From assembly GCF_000143415.4 (NCBI RefSeq), contig NW_003314296.1:663645-727644 (forward strand): a DNA stretch of 64,000 nt. Direction: 5' to 3'. The notes under the pieces were generated by a model that searched no databases, was not told the origin of the DNA, and was given only the letters and a program-made list of their open reading frames with translations. Shown piece after piece: positions 22,363 to 35,575 of this stretch (position 1 is the first letter of the stretch; the number at the start of each line of letters is the position of its first letter). This DNA is from Selaginella moellendorffii (taxonomy: Eukaryota > Plantae > Lycopodiophyta). The translations under genes were made by a program, and so were the position numbers.

Positions 22363-25300
22363 ATGGCGCTGGCGCTGCGAATCACGATCCTCCTCATCGG
22401 CGGTCTCGTCCTGGCGCACGATGCGAGTAAGCTCTCTCCTCTCTCCAGGCATTTCTTCTCAAGCTCGTCTTTTCCAAGGGTATATCAACATCGATTGCGG
22501 CGGCGCGATCGATTTCACGGATTCTCGAGGCCAGGCGTGGGTGCGCGATGCCGGATTCACCTCCACTGGTGCCGTCGCGAGAGTTTCCATTGCGAATTCT
22601 TCTCGGGAGCTCGGATCGCTGCGATATTTCCCGGATGGATACGATGAGAAGAGTTGCTACGAGGTTCCAGTGGTGCTGGGCAACAAGTATCTCGTCCGAG
22701 CAACGTTCTTCTATGGAGACTACGATGGAAAGAGAAAGCCGCCAAGCTTTGACCTCTATCTCCAGGCGAGCCACTGGACTGGCTTGACAACGAGTTTGGA
22801 CAAGGCAACGAGCAGCGAAATTCTCGCGGTTGCTACGAGCAACAGCTTGAGCGTGTGCCTTGCTGCTAGTGCCGCTGGGAACGTTCCATTCATTTCCTCC
22901 TTGGAACTGAGGCACCTGGAAGCAACCATGTACGAGGCACTGTCTCCGGATCGTGCTCTTCTCCTGTTTCAAAGGCTGGACATTGGATCTTTGTCCCCGA
23001 CGAGTATCAGGTATGGTTTTCTTCCCTTTGTCTTGATTTGCTTGTTGGTGATGCTTGAACTTTCTGTAGACTTCCTGATGATACGTATGATCGCATTTGG
23101 ACGTCCGACTTTGGTGACGAAGATTATCCCAGGCTAGTCACCCAAAATCCGGTAGCTCTTGGATCGTCGCCAGAACAGGCTCCTCTTGCAGTTATGCAAA
23201 CTGCTAGAACGAAGCCTGTCAACAGTTCGTCTGACTTTTCATACTTTCTTCCATTTCCTGAGATATCTTCGGGGCGGAAATACTGCATCATACTTTACTT
23301 TGCGGAGGTGACAAGTATGAATTCTGGAGATTTAAGAGAGTTTGACATCATTTTAAGCGGCACCTCGCTGAACAACACTCCAGTCTTTCAGTCAGTAAAC
23401 GTGGCAAATCAAGCGGGAGGAGCTTACATTGCACTCGAGCTCCACGACTACAATCGAACATTTTATGGGCCCGTGAGAGTGAAACTTATTCCAACCCAAC
23501 GATCGACACTGCTGCCGTTTCTCAGCGCTCTCGAGGTGTACACAGTTTTGGATGGTTTAAGCGCCGGGACTTTTGCATCAGACGGTACTGTAAATTCTCT
23601 TGGCTCATTGTTTGATTTGTTTTCCTTGTAGCGGCGGCATTGTCAAATGTGAAAGAGACATTTAATCTCGAAGGGGCCGGAGATCCATGTTTACCGTCGC
23701 GGTACAAATGGGATTGGATCAACTGCGACAATGGAAGTCCTCCAAGAATCAATGCACTGTAAGTTTCCTTATTTTGTTTGCTTTGATGTCTAAAATTCTT
23801 GTCATGGAGGACTTTGTCAAATATGAAACTCCAAGGAGCTATACCGAACGGACTTTCACGTCTCACTGGGCTCAATATCATGTAAGCGTGGATCTTTTGC
23901 GCTCTCTTACATAGATTTATTGCAGACGACTCGATGGAAATCATTTAACCGGCGGTTTGCCTGATTTAAGCGCACTTAAGAACTTGACTCTTTTGTAAGT
24001 TTGGATATTCTCTAAGCACTGTTCCGTAATGTTTGACACACAGGGACCTTCACAGTAATAGCTTAAGCGGACTGATTCCAGCAAGTATCACTAGCCTTCC
24101 TAATCTTCAAATGCTGTGAGTATGCTGAGCATTTTCTGGCATGGATTAACTGGATGGAGACCGTTTGCAGGTACTTACAGGACAACAACTTCAGTGGCCC
24201 CAAACCATCCGTGGCCAACACGAATATGTTCATGAAGTAAGCTACTGCTGTGCTTCGCACTATTTTCTGACTGAAATCCTTTAATTTGCAGCACTTCTGG
24301 TAATCCTTGTCTCTTAGAAGACTCTCCATGCTTCAATGCTGCAACGACTGGTGTCTCCAGACACAAACACCATTTACGACGTCTTTGGATATCTCTTGCC
24401 GTCGGCTTGCCTGTTCTTTCTGCAATCACAGTCTTAATCTATTTCTTGAGAAGATTCATTGCCGCTGAAAAACGTTTTGGTAAGAATGTCAAGAATTTCT
24501 ATTTTCTTCACTTAATCTCTTTACTTTTAGATCCTGTCGAAACTCCGCGGCACCCTTGTTCCATTTTTCGGCTCGACGAGCTTATTCTAGCTACGCAAAA
24601 CTTTTCGAAAGAATTGGGAAGAGGGGGATTCGCCAAGGTATACTACGGTGTTCTTCCTGATGGACGAGAAATAGCTGCCAAGGTGTATTTTCAAGAGAAT
24701 GAGCGACTAAGAAGAAGACGTGACGCTTTCTTAAACGAGGTGAGTTTCCAAAGCTTGTATGCTGTCATATAACAAGATGATACAGGTGGAGATACTTTCA
24801 CGGGTGCATCACAAGAACCTGGTTTCTCTTATTGGCTACTGTGTTGAATCTCTGAGCCTTATCGTCGTCTTTGAGTACATGTCAGGAGGAACTGTACAAG
24901 GAAAACTCCATGCTGGAACTCAGGCATGTTTAACGTGGGAGACAAGACTTACGATTGCTTTGGATGCCGCTCAAGGTATATTAATTCAACTTTTTGTTTC
25001 TTTTCTCTGTAAGCTGAATTTCGCTTTGCTGCAGGAGTTGAATATTTGCATACTTGCTGCATACCTCAGGTCATGCACAGAGATTTGAAGAGTAGCAATA
25101 TTCTGCTGAGCGACAAAATGATGGCTAAAGTCGGAGATTTTGGTATTTCCAAGTTCCTCTCTCCCGACGATGATATATCGAATTCAGTCAAAGGAACACC
25201 TGGATATGTCGACCCAGAGTATGGTTCTTTCTCCCTTTGTCACTCATGTTTATACTGCATTCACAGATACTTCGCCACGAATCGTTTCTCAGAAAAGTCC

Positions 25301-25760
25301 GACGTCTACAGTTTTGGGGTAGTGCTGCTCGAACTGATATGTGGTCGGGGGCCACTCGACTTGGAACTGATGGACCAAGGATTGACACTGATTGTTTGGG
25401 TAAAATCTTGTTTCCTTCTCATCGGTCCTGGTGAAGTAATATTTTCCTTGTTTTTCTCAGTTCAGGTCCCTCGTCCAGAGCGGAAAAACAAGAGAAGTGG
25501 TCGACCTGAGACTGGAAAACACGTACAACTTGGAATCCATGCAAAGAGTGGTAGATACTGCGAACTCGTGCATCGAGAGCGATCCTTCCAACAGGCCCGA
25601 CATGAGCACCATCGTTGGAGAGCTTAAAGAAGCACTCTGGCTCCAGCGTCAGCAGCTTTCTCCCACAGATAAGATGATAGTTCCGCTTTTACTTCTTCAC
25701 AGATCCATGCGACAAGAACGCTGCTCTAGAATTGAAATGGTCTCGGCCTCTTCGTACTAG
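22363..25760 (+). CDS. Malectin-like LRR receptor-like kinase (LRR-I type), multi-exon
   Basis: Signal peptide, [26 protein letters not shown], short LRR exons, [44 protein letters not shown]. Confidence 0.93.
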
Positions 25761-25875
25761 GTGAGGTTTCTACTTTCAACTGCAGATTTAAAACGTGATC
25801 TTTGTACTTGTGGCAACTTGTCCAGGCTGCTCTCATGGGAAAAGTAAAAAAAAAAGCTCTCATGAGGTCTCGAGC

Positions 25876-27520
25876 CTAACACCGAGGAGAAGAAAGCATT
25901 GCCCTGTAAGCTAGTTTCTTAGTACTTTTCTTTGTCCAAAGGATTACTCCTAGTTCGATTGTCACTGAGTTTGTGTCTGATAAAACTGTATTGACTTCAA
26001 AGAAACTTAACTTCAAGGACCTTCGTGCCTTTCTTGCTCGAACTATTACAATGGAAAGAAGAGAACTTCCAGCCACTGTAAACAATAATCCTATAGGGCT
26101 GAGAAAGATCTGAGATAATAGACGAAGTTGAGAGGTCAAAAGAAATGCTACGTACTGTTTGTTTGCTCTCAAAAGCCACAGTAAGTGATGTTGTCCATGG
26201 AGTGGAAATAGCAGCCGGCTGCCTCTGGAGTACACATCTGGATCATCTCGCACGACCAGCAGCCCAGGCTGCCTCCTTTCTCGCAGGTGACATTGAAAAA
26301 CGGCTCGCAGCTTGGCCGAGACGAATCACGGTGGCAAACTCCTGGCAACTTGAAAGTTAAAACCACAAAGACTTCTGGCTCCAAGGAGTACTACCATATT
26401 GCGTTCTGTAGAGCAGCTTCCGAGCGCTCTTGAAACCAGCCGAGAATCCCTGCTTGTTCCTACATCAGCTCCAAGAGAAACAAACATGAATCTGTTTCGA
26501 GTACCTCTTTGTCCACAGGGAATGACGTTGGACTGGAAGAAGAATCCAGTAATCCGTGCAGCTCCCTGTTTCCTACAGTTTCGGACAAGAAAAAACTCGA
26601 GGACTTTCAGCAGCGAGGAGCACTACAATTACCCGAAACAGAAGCTCCCAGCAGTAGAATTACTGAGACGATCATCAAACGTGTCATTCTGGCTCTTCGA
26701 CAAGGAAAGCTGGAGCGGAACAGAGCAAAGAGAAGAAGCACGCTGCTGGCGCTGGAACAACACAGAACTTCAAGCACGGAGAAACTAAAAAACCAGCCGA
26801 GCGAGTGTCGTAATATGACGGCTCCAAACAACCAGGTAATAAACGTGGCCGAGAGCTTCCCACTTTCCTGCAAGCAAACTTTTATTGATAGTATATAAAA
26901 TGTAATGCGGGCATATGATGAGAGACGTGTCACCTGTGCCGATTAGACACCATCGCCAAGAGCTCGAATCGAAATCCGGCCGTGCATTCGTCCTGTGACC
27001 ACACCATTAAGTTAGCGTCAGGAGGTCTCGCGCACTCTCTTTCGCGTAAGCATGAGCAGCGACCACGCATACCATTAAGAACTTACGCTCTAGGCTTTCG
27101 AAATGAGAGGATTGTAGGCTTCTTTAAGATCCCATCCAACGAGGTGTGAGAAAGACAAGTTGCTCCCGCTCCTGAGGCAACTTGGAGTTTCTCTGCTAAT
27201 CATCAAGCGAAGATGTGAGTCGATTCAGTAGAACAGTAATTCTAATCGAAAGCGCAAGTGAGCTTACTTGATTTGGACGGAGGGACGTACTATCCATCTC
27301 TGAAATCCTCATACTTTCATTGCAAAAGAGTATATACTGAACTTTTCCTCTCAGAAGTCTCAACACGCTCTTCCCAAATTCGAACAATATTTCAAGTCTA
27401 TCCTGGAGCTCTTGTTCTTGTGGGTCACTTCTCCACGAGCTTGTGCTTTGCTGTTTCAAATCGTCCTCAAGACATTTAAAATTATAAGGGATAACACCAT
27501 TTAAGATCCTTAGCTGCATT
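25876..27520 (-). pseudogene. Degenerate gene with signal-like, Cys-rich and TM segments; paralog of 190-1200
   Basis: MTRLMIVSVILLLGASVSG, CEPFFNVTC...CWSC, and TM FLSPIGLLFTVAGSSLLSIVIV followed by RARKARR, broken by stops. Confidence 0.35.
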
Positions 27521-28960
27521 TCGACAACAAGATGCCTGGAAAAGAGAGATTAGAATGACACATGAAACATTTACGAAACATAGTACCTGACGGTGATGCC
27601 ATCTACGTTGCAAAGCTTGTTTGGAGGAAAAGGATGACAAAAAGCCGCTTGTGTCTGGTGCTCGCATGCGTGGATGGAAATCCTAGCAAATAGAAAAATA
27701 AGACAAATAAAAAACGAACTTGCTTGTGCTATGTCCACCACCCTTTTTTTTCTGCCTTTTCTGCCTTTTTTCTCTTTGGATGTCCAACTGAGCTTTTGAT
27801 TGAGAGTACACCATCCAAAGAAGGGAATTTGGTGCTGCTTGAGGATAAGGTTGAAGATAAGATCCATCTGGTTTAGAAATCCTCGAAGCTCTTGTCTTCA
27901 TCCACTTCACTCCCTGTTCGCCATAGATAAAACCTTCAACATTTACAATCATGAGAATTTCTTTCTACTGAGAAATCTGGGCTAGAGCTTTGGATTCAAG
28001 GAGATGAACGGTACAAGGATGATGGACAAGATGACACTGCCTCATCTCCTTTCGTACCTTTAGGAGAAATTCAGCCAAATCAAAATCCGAGGTACTCCAA
28101 ATTCTAGCATTATAGTTTTTGTTTTAGTTCAACTTTAGGAAGATGAACGGGCGATGAACAAGATGACACTTCTGTCTTAGTGGAATTGTTCAACCATGTG
28201 AAGTAGAAGGAATTTAGTCGACTCCTCCTATAAGCCAATTGCTTGTTGATGGAGAAGTTTTGATCACACAAAGCTCTAGCTGCTGCTGGTAGCTATCTTG
28301 ACGAGGGATCCTGCTCTGCCCGCCCTGATGCCCAGGCTCCCATACTCCCAGGTGCTCAGCCAGCCCAGGTGTCCGGGTCCGGGTGCCTGAATGAATAAAA
28401 AAATTGTAGCAAAGATTCTACCAAAACTTCCAGCAAAAATTTCGTTATAGAATTCTTAATTGAATTGTGTAAAGTAGAATTCTAACTAGAATAAGGTCAA
28501 AGTTTTGATAAACTTAAGAGTTTTGAGCACACTGATAATTTGTTGCTTATACATCAATGCTTGGTTTGCTTTGGAAAAAGAGAAGAATAATATGTTAAAT
28601 TAATATTACTTCTTTTTATTTATTATACATAATAACAATACATAGCATTGTTATGAGAATTTTTATAAAATTTTGTGAATTTATTCACTAAAGTAGGGCA
28701 TCGCTGGCTTGTTAGGCTTGTGACTCTGTATCTGATACTGCCATCTACCATTCTCGTTGCTCCAGTAAAGTTGATAGTCGCTTTTGTCTGGAAGCCCCAG
28801 GATTGGATTTCCAGCGTGAGCCGACATCTAGAAAAGCCAAGAGGTTCGCCACATCTCCGAAGTGATGAGATTTCTTTAAACGGTGAAGCTCGCTTCGATC
28901 TAGAGGTTGTTCTTTCACGATTGATCTTTGGAGGTTCTTGCTTTTCTCTAGGGTAAGGTA

Positions 28961-30683
28961 ATGGGGGTACGCGTTGTGGCTGCTGGCGACGGGAGGGAGC
29001 TGTATGTGTTCACCTACAATCAGGGTATGCGAGGCAAGGATCTCCTTGATGAGCTCAAAGAGCTGGGCTTGTCGGGTCATGTGCAAATCAATGGCGAGCG
29101 GATGACACGCTCGTTTCCTCTGTGCGATGGAGCCGTCTGTGTTTTCGTGGAGGTGTGCGTGTGTGTTTCTAGGAACAAGAAAAGCCCACGTTTGTATATC
29201 TTGCTTGCAGGAGAGGCCGCAAGACAGCACCTGGTTCCTCAGGCACAACACGCTGCCTTCTTCCGCCTCGACTCTGTCCAACTCCAACCCTCTCATGAAG
29301 ACCCATCTTGGCACAGATGATCCGATCTACGACCTGAGCAGGACGTCGGCGAGCGCAGCGCCGCTGGTTCTGGCAGCGCCGCCGTTTGCCGACTACGTCC
29401 AGGGGCTCAAGTCTCATGTGTTGGATGCGCTTGATTGGAACTTCGTGGGGCGCACGGTGCAGGAAATGAGCCCGTTTCTCGACACCGAGGACACGCGAAA
29501 GCTCTCCTTCTATCGCATTCTCCAGGGCTACTTGCTGGCCAAGTTCCCGGCAACTGTCATTCAGGTTACACCGTCAACCCCAGGACCGAATGCGGACATC
29601 AAGATCGAGGTCCTGATCAGAGGCGCGTGGATCCTCGTCTGCCTCGTGGAAGTGAAACCCGAGGTCGGCCTGAATGGCGAGCCATGCGTGCAAGTGATGA
29701 ACGCCTATGCAAAGGCGACGATCCGGAGCCGGTCACGTTACCAGTGGCAGTTCTTCTGTTCCTGCTTCCCGGTGCTGATCGTAGAGCTCGCGGGGCCGAA
29801 CATTCGGGTGGGCGGTGCCTGCCATTTCGACAAGCCGGCACACGAGCCCTTTACGCCCTTCCTCCACATGCTCAAGTTCCTGCGCGATGACCGTCACTTG
29901 GGCATCTTGTCCAAGGCCCTGGCTTCCATCTCGCTGGCCATTGGCTCCTTGGTGCGATTCTATGATCGAGTTGGTACTGCTGCTGCAGCCCAGGGAGCCG
30001 CCGCCAGGACCAGGGACGCTTCTGTCAACTGGCCGCACCATGCTGCGTTGCAGAAGAGCTCTGGTGCTACTGTCGTCCAGTTGGAACGCAGGTTCTCGGC
30101 CAGCCAGCTCGCGCTGATGCAAGTTGGCAGGGCACAGCAGCTGGTGTTTCACATCAAGCGGCCGGGTGGCGCGCAACGCGTTGTCAAGTTCTGCCAGAGG
30201 TATGGCAAGGAAGTGCACCGGCTGTGGCACGAGGCCGGATATGCGCCCAGCTTCCAGCACCAGCTCCTACAAGACGGGGACTGGATGGTGATAGATATGG
30301 AGTGCTTGGCCGAAGGTGATGGCTGGCGGCCGCTGCATGCACTTGATCCGCGGCTGGCTGTGATTGGAGATGCGGATGCGAACATGTATCGCCTCAATGC
30401 TTCCGAGTGGGATGCATGCAAGCGTGCGGTCCGGCTGGCTCTGCGCAACGTCCAGCAGATGCATTCGACCACAGTGCACGGTGACATGAGGCGGCAGAAC
30501 ATCTTGTGGAACGTGGATGGCAGGGTGGCTTTCGTGGATTTCGACTGGGCCGGCATCAGCGGACGAGACTGCTATCCGCTGTTTATCAATCCCGTGAATG
30601 TGTGGCCCCCTGGAGTCACTGGTGCTGCTGTGATGTTGAGCCAACATGATGTCCAGCTGCTTGACTTGGAGCTTGGGCCATGA
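28961..30683 (+). CDS. Crinkler (CRN)-like protein: Ubl-like header + PD-(D/E)XK nuclease + kinase-like domain (about 554 aa)
   Basis: Exon 1 28961-29152, phase-0 GT-AG intron 29153-29210, exon 2 to 30683. AD...EVK...QxxxxY nuclease pattern. VVKF, HGDMRRQNIL and VDFDWAG kinase motifs. Confidence 0.78.
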
Positions 30684-31286
30684 TACACGCACTCTCCCGG
30701 CTCTAAATTTTGCGACTTAAACGAACGATGTCAAAAGAAGGTCCCCTTTCGCACGTTTGATACGCTTCCTCGTCAGCCTTGCTCGCAAACCAAACGTTCA
30801 CGTTTGCTGTTCCATCTTCTGCTTCATCACTCCTCGGTCCTACTCCATCATCCTCTACCTCATCAAGCACCCTGTTCTTCTCGCTCCTCCTGTTCTTGAT
30901 AATCATGTCCTCCCGGCCCCTGTTGCTGTTCTTCTCCTTGCTCTAATTCCTGCCCTTGTTGTTCCAGACCTTCGGGCTCTAATGGCTGTTCTTGATCATA
31001 AAACCAAGAAAAACAAAAAGAACTAAGAAGAAGCTGTGCAATGTCTTGCCTGTTACGCCTTCATAGGATTCGAGCGGGTAGAAGATCTGTCTATACTTCC
31101 ATAGGGTAGATCGATGCATCGTGTGCTGGTGGAAGCTTAGCCAAGAACCGGCGTGCTTGCGGGGAGATACCACAATGGTTGCTCACAATCGTCGCCTTGA
31201 CGAAACTTTTTCTAGAATCTGTGTTTGCAAAACTAAACTTATGCTGCGCCAGAGGACTTGATAGCAGAAGTAAAGAGCTGGGTCCT

Positions 31287-32270
31287 TATTGAGTCTTTAG
31301 AACACGATGAGCTTCTTTGAGATAGTCCGGGTAATCTGTTCCCATGAGGGACAGGCAAAACACTGCAAAATCCACTGAGGAACTGGGAAGAGGCGTCTCG
31401 GAAAATCACTGCATGTAAAGAAAGAAAGAAAAAACTGATCGAATCTAATAAACTTACACTGGCCATGTTGCACGCCGTGCCAATTGGATCATTGGAAACG
31501 TGAAAATACTTTGTTCCTGATGCTTTTGGCGAGTCGAGCATCACCTGAAAATCACGAGAAAAAGAAAAAGAACGGAAGGATTGCAACGAGGACTCTTTAC
31601 GCACCACAGCCAAAATCTGCGACCACCAAGTTGGAGTCTCTCGAATTTAGCCACTCGATGATCACATCGACAAGAAGCGTTGGCCATCGAGACATTTGTT
31701 CTTGGTACCCTTCGTGGTACTAGTTGATAGAGTTAGCCTCATGGAAGGAAAAAAAAATGAATCGAGGTCTCTTACCAATTTGAAAGCATCTGGATCCTTA
31801 TCGAAGTATTCTTTAGCTTCCTCTCCACTGCATTGCAAAAACCAAGAACAAAAAAGACTTTCAAACTAAGAAAATATCAAGAATTCAAACCCGCGAGTGT
31901 AGATAACTTCATTGTTGAGCATACGAAATTGGCCGCCGGAAAGCCTTTTGTCGCATCTAGAGACGAAAGTTAAAAAAAGCGAGTGAAAAACTGGATCGAT
32001 ACCCTGTCTAGGAGACTCGAAGATTTCTTCCGTGATTCTTTCCTCACGGAAAGCTGGCGCTCGTCCACGCGATGGCCAATCCCCGGTCCTTGATGCGCAG
32101 TGCCGGCATTCTCCTTTGTTTTCTTCCTGGAATCCTCATTCTCTCGCTTGCGCTATGGCGCTGTAGCCATGGCGCTGCTGCTGTGGCTTCCATGGCGCTG
32201 TAGCCATGGCGCTGCTGCTGTGGCTTCCATGGCGCTGTGGCGCTGCTTCCATGGTGCTGCGGCCATGGCG
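31287..32270 (-). pseudogene. RRP8: rRNA-processing methyltransferase RRP8 pseudogene (introns retained)
   Basis: [60 protein letters not shown]. Frameshifts, an in-frame TGA and a truncated 3' end. Confidence 0.88.
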
Positions 32271-32280
32271 CCGCTGCGAT
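32150..32280. repeat. CCATGGCG-based GC-rich minisatellite (37-bp unit x2 plus partial copies)
   Basis: ccatggcgctgtagccatggcgctgctgctgtggctt is repeated. Confidence 0.75.
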
Positions 32281-32690
32281 GTCGTTTGCTCGTTAAACTT
32301 ATAATAGCTCATCTGCCGAAAAAAACAAGAAAAAGGAAAATAGTTTCAATTAGGAGTTTTGCAAGAACTTCTCAGTGTACTCTCAAGGACACAAAATGTG
32401 AGGAAAAGAAAACAGAAAGGATTTGATGTGACCAAAGAAAAACCGGATTCGATTGGAGCTTCGTTCCCGCGCAAATTAAAAACTCGCATATTCCATCGTT
32501 AAACAATTAGGGTTTGATCGGCGCGCCACATCTGGGACTGGGAGCTCCGGCGCCAGTCCAGTTGCCGGGGGGCCGGAAATCGATTCCCAGGGACCCCAAT
32601 TTGGTAAGAAATGTCGTGATCTAAGTCGCGATACAAGGGGCTCCAGGGTTTTTAGGGTTCTTAGAACGGACCTCCTTTGAGCTCGTCTCC

Positions 32691-33593
32691 ATGGCGGAGC
32701 TCTCTCGGCAGCTCAACAAATTCAAGCAGCAGCAGCAGGCTCTCACCGATGTGGCGGTGGCGGCGGCCAAGCGCTCGGGCGGCGGCAGCAAAAAGAAGCC
32801 TCCGGTGGCTCCGGCGGCTCCGGCGGCGCCGCCAGGAGGAGGAGGAGGAGGCGGAGCGGCGCCATCGCCAGCGCCACCCTCCATCTCCAATCTCACATTC
32901 CAGAACGACAAGGAGAAGCTCCAGATGATCAACCAGGTGCGTCGCTCGCCGACCATGGCCCAGGTGAAGCGCGTCCTGGACGTCCTCCTGGAGACCCGCG
33001 AGGCGCTCCTCCCGGACGAGATCAACAACCGCTGCTTCGTCGACGTGGCCAACAACAAGGAGGTGTTCGAGACGCTCAAGAACAACGTCAAGGTCTCGTT
33101 CGATGGCCAGCGCTTCTCGTACAAGGCCAAGCACGGCCTCAAGAACAAGGCGGAGCTGCTCGTCCAGCTGCGAAAGTGTACCGAGGGGATGGCGCTCTCG
33201 GAGCTCCGGGACGCGTACCCGGGGATCGTGAGCGACGTCCAGGAGCTCAAGGCGAGCGGCGAGATCCGGGTCATGTGTAACTCGGACTCGCAGGAGGAGA
33301 TACTCTACCCGGACGACCCCCGGATGAAGATCAAGGTGGACGAGGATATCGCCAAGCTGTGCCGGAGCATCGAGCTCCCCACGGACTTTGTGCTGGTGGA
33401 GCGCGAGCTGCAGAAGAACGGGGTGAGGCCCATGACGAACTCGGTGCTGCGGAGGGAGAGGATGAGTCTGCTCAGCGCGCAGCAAGGTGGCAGCAAGCAA
33501 AAGAAAAAGAAGAAGATCTCCAAGCGGACCAAGTATACCAACATCCACTTGCCGGAGCTGTTCAAGAGCGTGCCATCTGATGTTGGATCGTGA
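32691..33593 (+). CDS. TFIIE2: Transcription initiation factor TFIIE subunit beta, intronless
   Basis: AQVKRVLDVLLETREAL, VFETLKNNVKV, FSYKAKH, LRDAYP, EILYP, K-rich tail TNIHLPELF. Confidence 0.92.
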   Translation: MAELSRQLNKFKQQQQALTDVAVAAAKRSGGGSKKKPPVAPAAPAAPPGGGGGGGAAPSPAPPSISNLTFQNDKEKLQMINQVRRSPTMAQVKRVLDVLLETREALLPDEINNRCFVDVANNKEVFETLKNNVKVSFDGQRFSYKAKHGLKNKAELLVQLRKCTEGMALSELRDAYPGIVSDVQELKASGEIRVMCNSDSQEEILYPDDPRMKIKVDEDIAKLCRSIELPTDFVLVERELQKNGVRPMTNSVLRRERMSLLSAQQGGSKQKKKKKISKRTKYTNIHLPELFKSVPSDVGS

Positions 33594-33919
33594 GAGAAAG
33601 AGAGAGATACAGCTGGAGATAATGGAAATCGTCAAGAACTCGAGTGTGATCAATGGTAGAAGTGATTGAAAACTTTGCAAGCTCGCTTAAAGAAAGAAAA
33701 AAGGATTACTTGAAATGTCGATGATACAGAATTTAATATTAATAAAATTTTATGAAAGTTTAAACTAAAATACAATAGAATATACTTGAATATTTTAGGA
33801 ATGTTCATTAAAGAAATAAACACTATAATAATTGATAATTTATTCATTCCTGATATGTCTAAAAAGGTTTTGAAGGGAAATGTCAAGAAACTATACAATT
33901 GCTAAAATAATTTACTTTC

Positions 33920-35575
33920 TGATAAGCTCGTGAATTTAAACTTCCCAAAAAATCACCTAACCCAATATTATTTAAACTCAAAGACATTTAACCAATTGAA
34001 TCAATTGAAAAGGACGCGACCTTCTCTTTCAATTCTTCCAGCAGTCCCATAAGTTCCAGCTTACAGTCATTCACTCCCTTTTAGTTTATATTTGAATTTT
34101 AATATATCATTTTTCAAGTTGTCTTCTTTAGTTGTTTATAATGCACCATTTTTCGAAACTATTGTAATTTGTGAAACAGAAGTCTTAATAAAGGTTAATT
34201 ATTTAGCAATTTTCATATTCTTAGTATTAATATTATCTATTTACAAGTCCTTTTGAATATTCTTTTTTTTACTGTTAACAAGAGATTATTAATCTCCACC
34301 TAATTTAGTTGAGAAATTGATTATCATGTATGCACTTAGACTAGATAAACATAAGATAGTGTTATTGTCATAAATATCATGCATCTCTCTATATTTATTG
34401 AGGAGTATATTAATTACTACTAACCACAATAATAAAACCTTTGCTTGTAGGATTTGAATAGAAGACTTACTATCCCATACTTAAAATTTTAAAGCCCTTA
34501 TAAAAATAGGGTTTTAAAGATTTTGTATTTGTTGAATTTGAATTTTTCATGAGGTCACCTACTTTAGTATTATTTAAACCTAAATACATTTAACTCAAAT
34601 AAAAAAAGCTCTTGAATTTAAACTTTTATTCATAAGCCCTTTCCCTTTATATTTAAACTTTAGTGGATTGTCTCTTGATTTTTTTAAATTTTTTTTTGCC
34701 TATAATCCACTATACTTTTTAATCTTTGTGAATGAAAATTGAAATCCTAAAAGCCCCACTTTCTGAATATTTTACCCCTTGGATCTAGCCTAGTTAGACC
34801 AAATTGTATCAGTTCAATACTATTCAAACTTAATTCAAGTATCATAAAACCTTTAACCAATTAGAAAAAGGGGATACATTATTATTTATGTGTCAATAGA
34901 TTGTCTTTCAAATTGTTTTCTTTGGTTGCTTACATTTGATTATTTAGGATTTCAATCCATTTATTGTTCTTATTGGTTATTTACATTTTGTTTTTCAAGA
35001 TATCAATCCTTTTATTTTTGTATTTGGTTATTTACATTTTGTTCTTCAAAAATTTCAATCCATTTATTTAGCAGTTTATTCAACAATACTCATTAAGAGT
35101 GCACTACCATCAATAAATTGCAACAATTGCACCAAGGCTTCATTGGAGATTTAGATGGTCACCATTAATATTTTATTTAAGTTTGTATTCATCTATGTAT
35201 TGGAGATTTTAAATGGTCATCATTAAGATAATACAATCCTTCAGCAATATTTTCACCTTAGCCTTTGTGATGATGTCAAAAATTTCTATAAGCTCTTGAA
35301 TTTAAACTTCCTAGGAGGTTACCCAACCCGGTACTATTAAAACCCAATAACACTTAACTCTAAATATCTCATGGATTGGAAAAAGGGGAGCACTTTTATT
35401 CATGAACTTTTTCCTTTTATATTTGAACTTTATAAATCATTTTTTAAGTTGTTCTCTTTGGTTATTTACAATTTATCATGTTTTCCAGCAAATTCACACC
35501 CTCATAAGCAAAAGCTAAGAGCCGTAGTTGATTGACACTCTACCCCTTGGGTCGAGCATAACTAGAGGCAAACAC
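33920..35575 (-). mobile_element. Cluster of decayed Cassandra-like TRIM fragments
   Basis: taagctc.tgaatttaaacttcc... LTR pieces at about 33922, 34530-34800 and 35288-35470, plus internal sequence to about 35570. Confidence 0.7.

Noticed and set aside
32621-33680. Long antisense ORFs over TFIIE-beta (similar ones over PPR, CRN-like and gag genes)
   Set aside because: Shadow ORFs expected from GC-rich codon usage.
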